Positions 28,287 through 32,000 of a stretch of 32,000 nt of DNA are shown one piece after another. The stretch spans positions 480,001 to 512,000 of the forward strand of contig NC_008312.1 of the NCBI RefSeq assembly GCF_000014265.1. The letters are read 5' to 3'. The translations under genes were made by a program, and so were the position numbers. Below the pieces are notes generated by a model. The model was not told the origin of the DNA, did no database searches, and was given only the letters and a program-made list of their open reading frames with translations. The DNA comes from Trichodesmium erythraeum IMS101 (lineage in GTDB: Bacteria; Cyanobacteriota; Cyanobacteriia; Cyanobacteriales; Microcoleaceae). Within the stretch, counting starts at the first letter, position 1. The number at the start of each line of letters is the position of its first letter.

Positions 28287-28307
28287 CCCCATTGCCCATT
28301 CCCCATT
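28287..28307. repeat. STRR-like heptamer repeat CCCCATT GCCCATT CCCCATT
   Basis: Read directly in the 1.27-kb gene-free stretch upstream of der. Confidence 0.55.
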
Positions 28308-28577
28308 CTCTGAAAAGCCTAGATGTTTATCCGACAGAGCAAGTAGGATTGCTATACAATGTATTTTTTACCTAGACTTTATATCTAGATTTTGAAATTT
28401 ACAGCAGAGGCTACCATAACGAAGAAATTCAGTCAACAGTAAATATATTGATAAATATATTGATTAAATGTAAAAAATTTGCAAAAAGCAGATCGAGGAA
28501 CTAGACTAGTTGTATTAATGATAGCAGAACTAGATCAAAGAGAAAACCTGATCCAAACTCAACAAAATATTTAGACA

Positions 28578-28830
28578 TTTCCCTACAATGACTTAATTAT
28601 AGTTGATATACTTTGGTTTCAATCTAGTCAAAAATGTTTTGGCTTTAGAATTATCAATAATATTTATGAATAAGTGCAAGGAAACATGGATTAACTAGCA
28701 AAAAATTATGACAATACAATTTTTTTTATATCAGTGCCCCAACTGGACATTTCCCTTAGAATAAGTTAGTGGCGACTACTTTCGGGATGTACTGGCAAGA
28801 TCGTTTTACTAGTGTAGCTTGGGAGTTACT
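28578..28830 (+). pseudogene. Remnant of a GUN4-domain coding region
   Basis: FPYNDLIIVDILWFQSSQKCFGFRIINNIYE* (28578..28673) fits FPC.DL..ID.LW...S.G.FGFSVQ..IW. A second piece in another frame, FFYISAPTGHFP* (ending at 28759), fits F.L.AP.GHLP. Confidence 0.45.
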
Positions 28831-29097
28831 TTAATCTTGTTTTCATAGTTTTCAAATATCAGGGAATTAAAGAGCGAAACATCTCCAGAAATTAAATAAT
28901 TTTTTTCAAGTAACTTTTGCCAGCACATTCCCTAAACTATTTTTGTTCAATGATTTTTTTTGCTTAATAAATTATTTAAAATGGAAATTACCCTTTAGTA
29001 ATAGTTCATCCATTTAGATTATTAATATCTTTAGATTATTAAGATATTTTTTGGTGGGGATGCTCAGATTTTTGATTGGTTAAAACTCTTAAATTAT

Positions 29098-29106
29098 TGC
29101 TATAAT
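29098..29106 (+). promoter_or_regulatory. Candidate extended -10 promoter element TGCTATAAT upstream of der
   Basis: Exact TGnTATAAT, 47 nt upstream of the der ATG at 29153. There is no convincing -35. Confidence 0.35.
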
Positions 29107-29152
29107 TAAAAATTGAATATTTTTGATTTACCTAAACTAATTAAAATTAACT

Positions 29153-30514
29153 ATGCCCTTACCTATTGTAGCTATTATTGGCAGGCCAAATGTGGGGAAG
29201 TCCACAATAGTCAATCGCTTGGCTGAAAGTAAAGACGCCATCGTCCACGATGAACCAGGAATAACTCGCGATCGCACCTATCGAAATGCATACTGGGAAG
29301 ACCGGGAGTTTCAAGTTGTAGATACAGGAGGTTTAGTATTTGATGACAATACAGAATTTTTACCCCTAATCCGCGAACAAGCTATGGCAGCTCTAGTAGA
29401 AGCAAGTGTAGCAATTTTTGTGGTAGATGGACAAACAGGTCTTACTGGAGGAGATGAAGAAATTGCCCAATGGCTCCGTCAACAAACTATTCCGATCCTC
29501 CTAGCAGTTAATAAATGCGAATCTATAACAGAAGGATTGACCCAAGCTGCTATGTTTTGGGAATTAGGTTTAGGAGAACCTTATCCTATTTCTGGTATTC
29601 ATGGCAATGGTACTGGAGAATTATTAGACGATTTAATTACCTACTTACCAACCCAAGGAGAAATTACTGAAACTAATCAAACTAAAATAGCAATTGTTGG
29701 TCGTCCAAACGTTGGTAAATCAAGTTTATTAAATTCATTTATTGGAGAAAAACGTGCAATTGTTAGTCCTATTTCTGGTACAACAAGAGATGCTATTGAT
29801 ACTGTAGTAGAACGAAATGGCAAAACTTATCGTTTGATTGATACTGCTGGAATTAGAAAGAAAAAAAATGTCGAATATGGTGCCGAATTTTTTGGGATTA
29901 ACCGAGCTTTTAAAGCTATTCGTCGTGCTGAAGTTGTTATGTTTGTAATTGATGCTTTAGATGGAGTAACAGAACAAGACCAAAAACTAGCAAATCGGAT
30001 CATAGAAGACGGTAGAGCTTGTGTTATTGTAGTGAATAAATGGGATGCCATAGAAAAAGATAATTATACTATTTATACTTATGAACAGGAAGTAAGGTCG
30101 CGACTATATTTTGTGGAATGGGCAGAGATGATTTTTGTTAGTGCACTAACTGGAAAACGAGTGGAGAAAATTATAAATTTGATAGATAATGCAGCCAATG
30201 AATATCAGCGTCGAGTGACAACTTCTGTAATCAATGAGGTATTAGAAGAAGCAATTAGTTGGAATTCTCCCCCCACTAATCGTCAAGGTCGTCAAGGTAA
30301 AATTTATTATGGAACTCAAGTAACAAGTAAACCACCAACAATTGCATTATTTGTCAACGATCCTAAACGTTTTCCTGAAAATTATCGGCGTTATATTCAA
30401 AGTCAATTTCGTCAACATTTAGGATTTACAGGTACACCAATAAGATTACTTTGGCGTGGTAAAAAAGCTAGAGAAGTAGAACAAAATACTGTTAATAGAG
30501 CAACTCGTGTCTAA
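29153..30514 (+). CDS. der: Ribosome-associated GTPase Der (EngA), two tandem G domains plus a KH-like domain
   Basis: Two P-loops (GRPNVGKST and GRPNVGKSS), two DTGG/DTAG motifs, NKCE/NKWD, and a C-terminal YGTQV...PPT..LFVN. Confidence 0.95.
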   Translation: MPLPIVAIIGRPNVGKSTIVNRLAESKDAIVHDEPGITRDRTYRNAYWEDREFQVVDTGGLVFDDNTEFLPLIREQAMAALVEASVAIFVVDGQTGLTGGDEEIAQWLRQQTIPILLAVNKCESITEGLTQAAMFWELGLGEPYPISGIHGNGTGELLDDLITYLPTQGEITETNQTKIAIVGRPNVGKSSLLNSFIGEKRAIVSPISGTTRDAIDTVVERNGKTYRLIDTAGIRKKKNVEYGAEFFGINRAFKAIRRAEVVMFVIDALDGVTEQDQKLANRIIEDGRACVIVVNKWDAIEKDNYTIYTYEQEVRSRLYFVEWAEMIFVSALTGKRVEKIINLIDNAANEYQRRVTTSVINEVLEEAISWNSPPTNRQGRQGKIYYGTQVTSKPPTIALFVNDPKRFPENYRRYIQSQFRQHLGFTGTPIRLLWRGKKAREVEQNTVNRATRV

Positions 30515-30840
30515 TATGTTATCTGCAAATTAAATATATTGATAGCACTACAGGCAACTCAAAAATCAAATCCCCCTTACTCCCTAAAGGTTATTCATGA
30601 TTACGAACTCCTAAAAGCATTTTCATTCTAGAGAGATAGAAGCTGGGAGCAAGGGAAGCACCAAATCACTAAATGATAGAATTTGAGTATTGATAAATGT
30701 CCGCGCTCTAGCATACATAGTGCTATATTTTATAGATATCTTATTCAGCGATCGCCCATAGATAGATAAAAAAAATATAGAGAAAACCCCCGAACTTATC
30801 TCAATTGAAATAAAATAAATATTTATTTTCAATTAATTCT

Positions 30841-32000
30841 ATGAGTAAAACAAAATGGTCTGATTTATACAAATTAGAAGACTGGTGGGCAGTCTGGATC
30901 GGTTTGTTACTGTTAGCAAGTGTATTTAGTGGATGGGTAACACTTGTACCCAAAATTCCTAAATGGAAAGGAATAGATATTCTGGCTGCACTCCCGATAG
31001 ATTTAATTCCTAGCTTAGTATTATTAGCGATCGCTCTGTGCGCTGTATTTACATTTGGCAACATTTTGATGCAGGGGCGTAGGGCAAATGCTATGATACC
31101 AGGATTTTTGGCCATCTTTATCTTAGCTACTCTCGCTTATGTATTGGGAAATTCTCAAGCTGCAAAAGCAATAAATCTCGGTTATGCCTTCTGGGCACTA
31201 CTAATAGGATTATTAATTAGTAATACAGTAGGTACGCCAGAATGGTTGAAACCTGCCGTGCGCACCGAATACTATATTAAAACTGGGTTAGTCATTTTGG
31301 GAGCAGAAATTCTGTTTAGTCGCATTGTCGAATTCGGACCCTATGGTTTAGCGATAGCCTGGGGAGTCACGCCAATAGTAGTGATATTCATGTATTTATT
31401 TGGCACTCGCATCCTGAAAATGCAGCAAAAAACATTAGTAATGATAGTAGCAACTTCAACCTCTGTCTGTGGAGTCTCGGCAGCTATTGCAGCTGCAGCA
31501 GCTTGTCGCGCAAAAAAGGATGAGTTAACTTTGGCCGTCGGAATGACTCTGATATTTACAGTCATAATGATGGTTTTCATGCCCTTGTTTGTCAAAGCTG
31601 TCAACATGAATGAATTAGTGGGAGGAGCCTGGTTAGGTGGCACCATTGATGCTACTGGCGCTGTTGTTGCAGCAGGCGAAGCATTGGGGGATGTGGCCGG
31701 AAAAGCGGCAGCTTTAGTAAAAATGATTCAAAATATGTTGATCGGAGCGATCGCTTTTGCCATAGCAATTTTTTGGGTTACATCTGTGGAAAAGCAACCA
31801 GGATCTTCTACTCCTACTTTAAATGAATTATGGGTGCGTTTTCCTAAGTTTGTTTTAGGTTTTATTGTAGCATCTTTATTAGTTTCTTTTGTATTTTTAC
31901 CCGTTATAGGTTTGAATAATGTTCAAGCTTTATTGAAGCAGACTAAAAATTATCGTGGTTGGCTATTTTGTATGGCGTTTATCTCAATTGGGTTAGAGTC
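30841..32000 (+). CDS. YeiH/UPF0324-family membrane protein (putative sulfate exporter family), 3' end outside the window
   Basis: Not in the ORF track because it has no stop inside the window. I translated 30841..31998 without a stop. Polytopic protein carrying the family motif ATSTSVCGVSAAIAAAAA and GGAWLGGTIDATGAVVAAG. Confidence 0.85.
   Translation, partial: MSKTKWSDLYKLEDWWAVWIGLLLLASVFSGWVTLVPKIPKWKGIDILAALPIDLIPSLVLLAIALCAVFTFGNILMQGRRANAMIPGFLAIFILATLAYVLGNSQAAKAINLGYAFWALLIGLLISNTVGTPEWLKPAVRTEYYIKTGLVILGAEILFSRIVEFGPYGLAIAWGVTPIVVIFMYLFGTRILKMQQKTLVMIVATSTSVCGVSAAIAAAAACRAKKDELTLAVGMTLIFTVIMMVFMPLFVKAVNMNELVGGAWLGGTIDATGAVVAAGEALGDVAGKAAALVKMIQNMLIGAIAFAIAIFWVTSVEKQPGSSTPTLNELWVRFPKFVLGFIVASLLVSFVFLPVIGLNNVQALLKQTKNYRGWLFCMAFISIGLE

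Noticed and set aside
27733-30051. Listed ORFs 27733..27981 (+) and 29827..30051 (-)
   Set aside because: The first is antisense to the nupC 5' end and runs into AT-rich spacer. The second is antisense within der.
30801-31646. Listed minus-strand ORFs 30801..31115 and 31341..31646
   Set aside because: They are antisense to the long open YeiH-family frame on the plus strand.
1-32000. tRNA, rRNA and CRISPR arrays
   Set aside because: Scanning the spacers by eye found no GTTCRANYC T-loop context with a matching acceptor stem, no rRNA-like conserved blocks, and no regularly spaced direct repeats of 25-40 nt. This is a weak negative that needs tRNAscan-SE, Infernal or CRISPR tools.

Overview
This is an AT-rich cyanobacterial chromosomal segment. 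By my reading it has about 18 copies of the HIP1 palindrome GCGATCGC, plus STRR-like heptamer repeats typical of heterocystous Nostocales. By my coordinates, only about half of the 32 kb lies in intact genes.

Intact genes:
- an OmpA/MotB-like protein
- a minus-strand run of TIGR03032-like protein, YqiJ/NfeD-like membrane protein and two paralogous flotillins
- an NAD salvage cluster (pncB, nadD, NrtR-type Nudix regulator)
- a phosphodiester glycosidase and two hypothetical secreted or membrane proteins
- rpsD, a tRNA m6A37 methyltransferase (TrmN6/YfiC-like), cmoA, a NupC-type nucleoside transporter and der
- two edge-truncated CDSs: the left one is only partly shown in the ORF track, and the YeiH/UPF0324-type CDS at 30841..32000 is absent from it

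Decay is prominent:
- a Rieske PaO/Tic55-family gene with two in-frame stops
- a shattered glutathione S-transferase gene
- a degenerate partial duplicate of the tRNA methyltransferase gene
- a GUN4-domain remnant and an IS5-like transposase remnant
- an ABC transporter whose 5' end is out of frame across an A10 tract

This pattern fits a genome undergoing reductive evolution, for example a symbiotic Nostocales lineage. That is an inference, not an identification.

The most unusual signal is non-coding. A dispersed, modular element family has at least four copies or fragments in intergenic DNA. One copy (11582..12004, minus strand) is a GC-rich island full of stems that could be a structured RNA. 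Its colinear partner (20210..20900) is decayed and carries a nested 41-nt hairpin insertion.

I found no CRISPR array, rRNA or tRNA by eye. I found no clear defence-type multi-gene system. No search tools were available, so all family calls rest on motif recognition.
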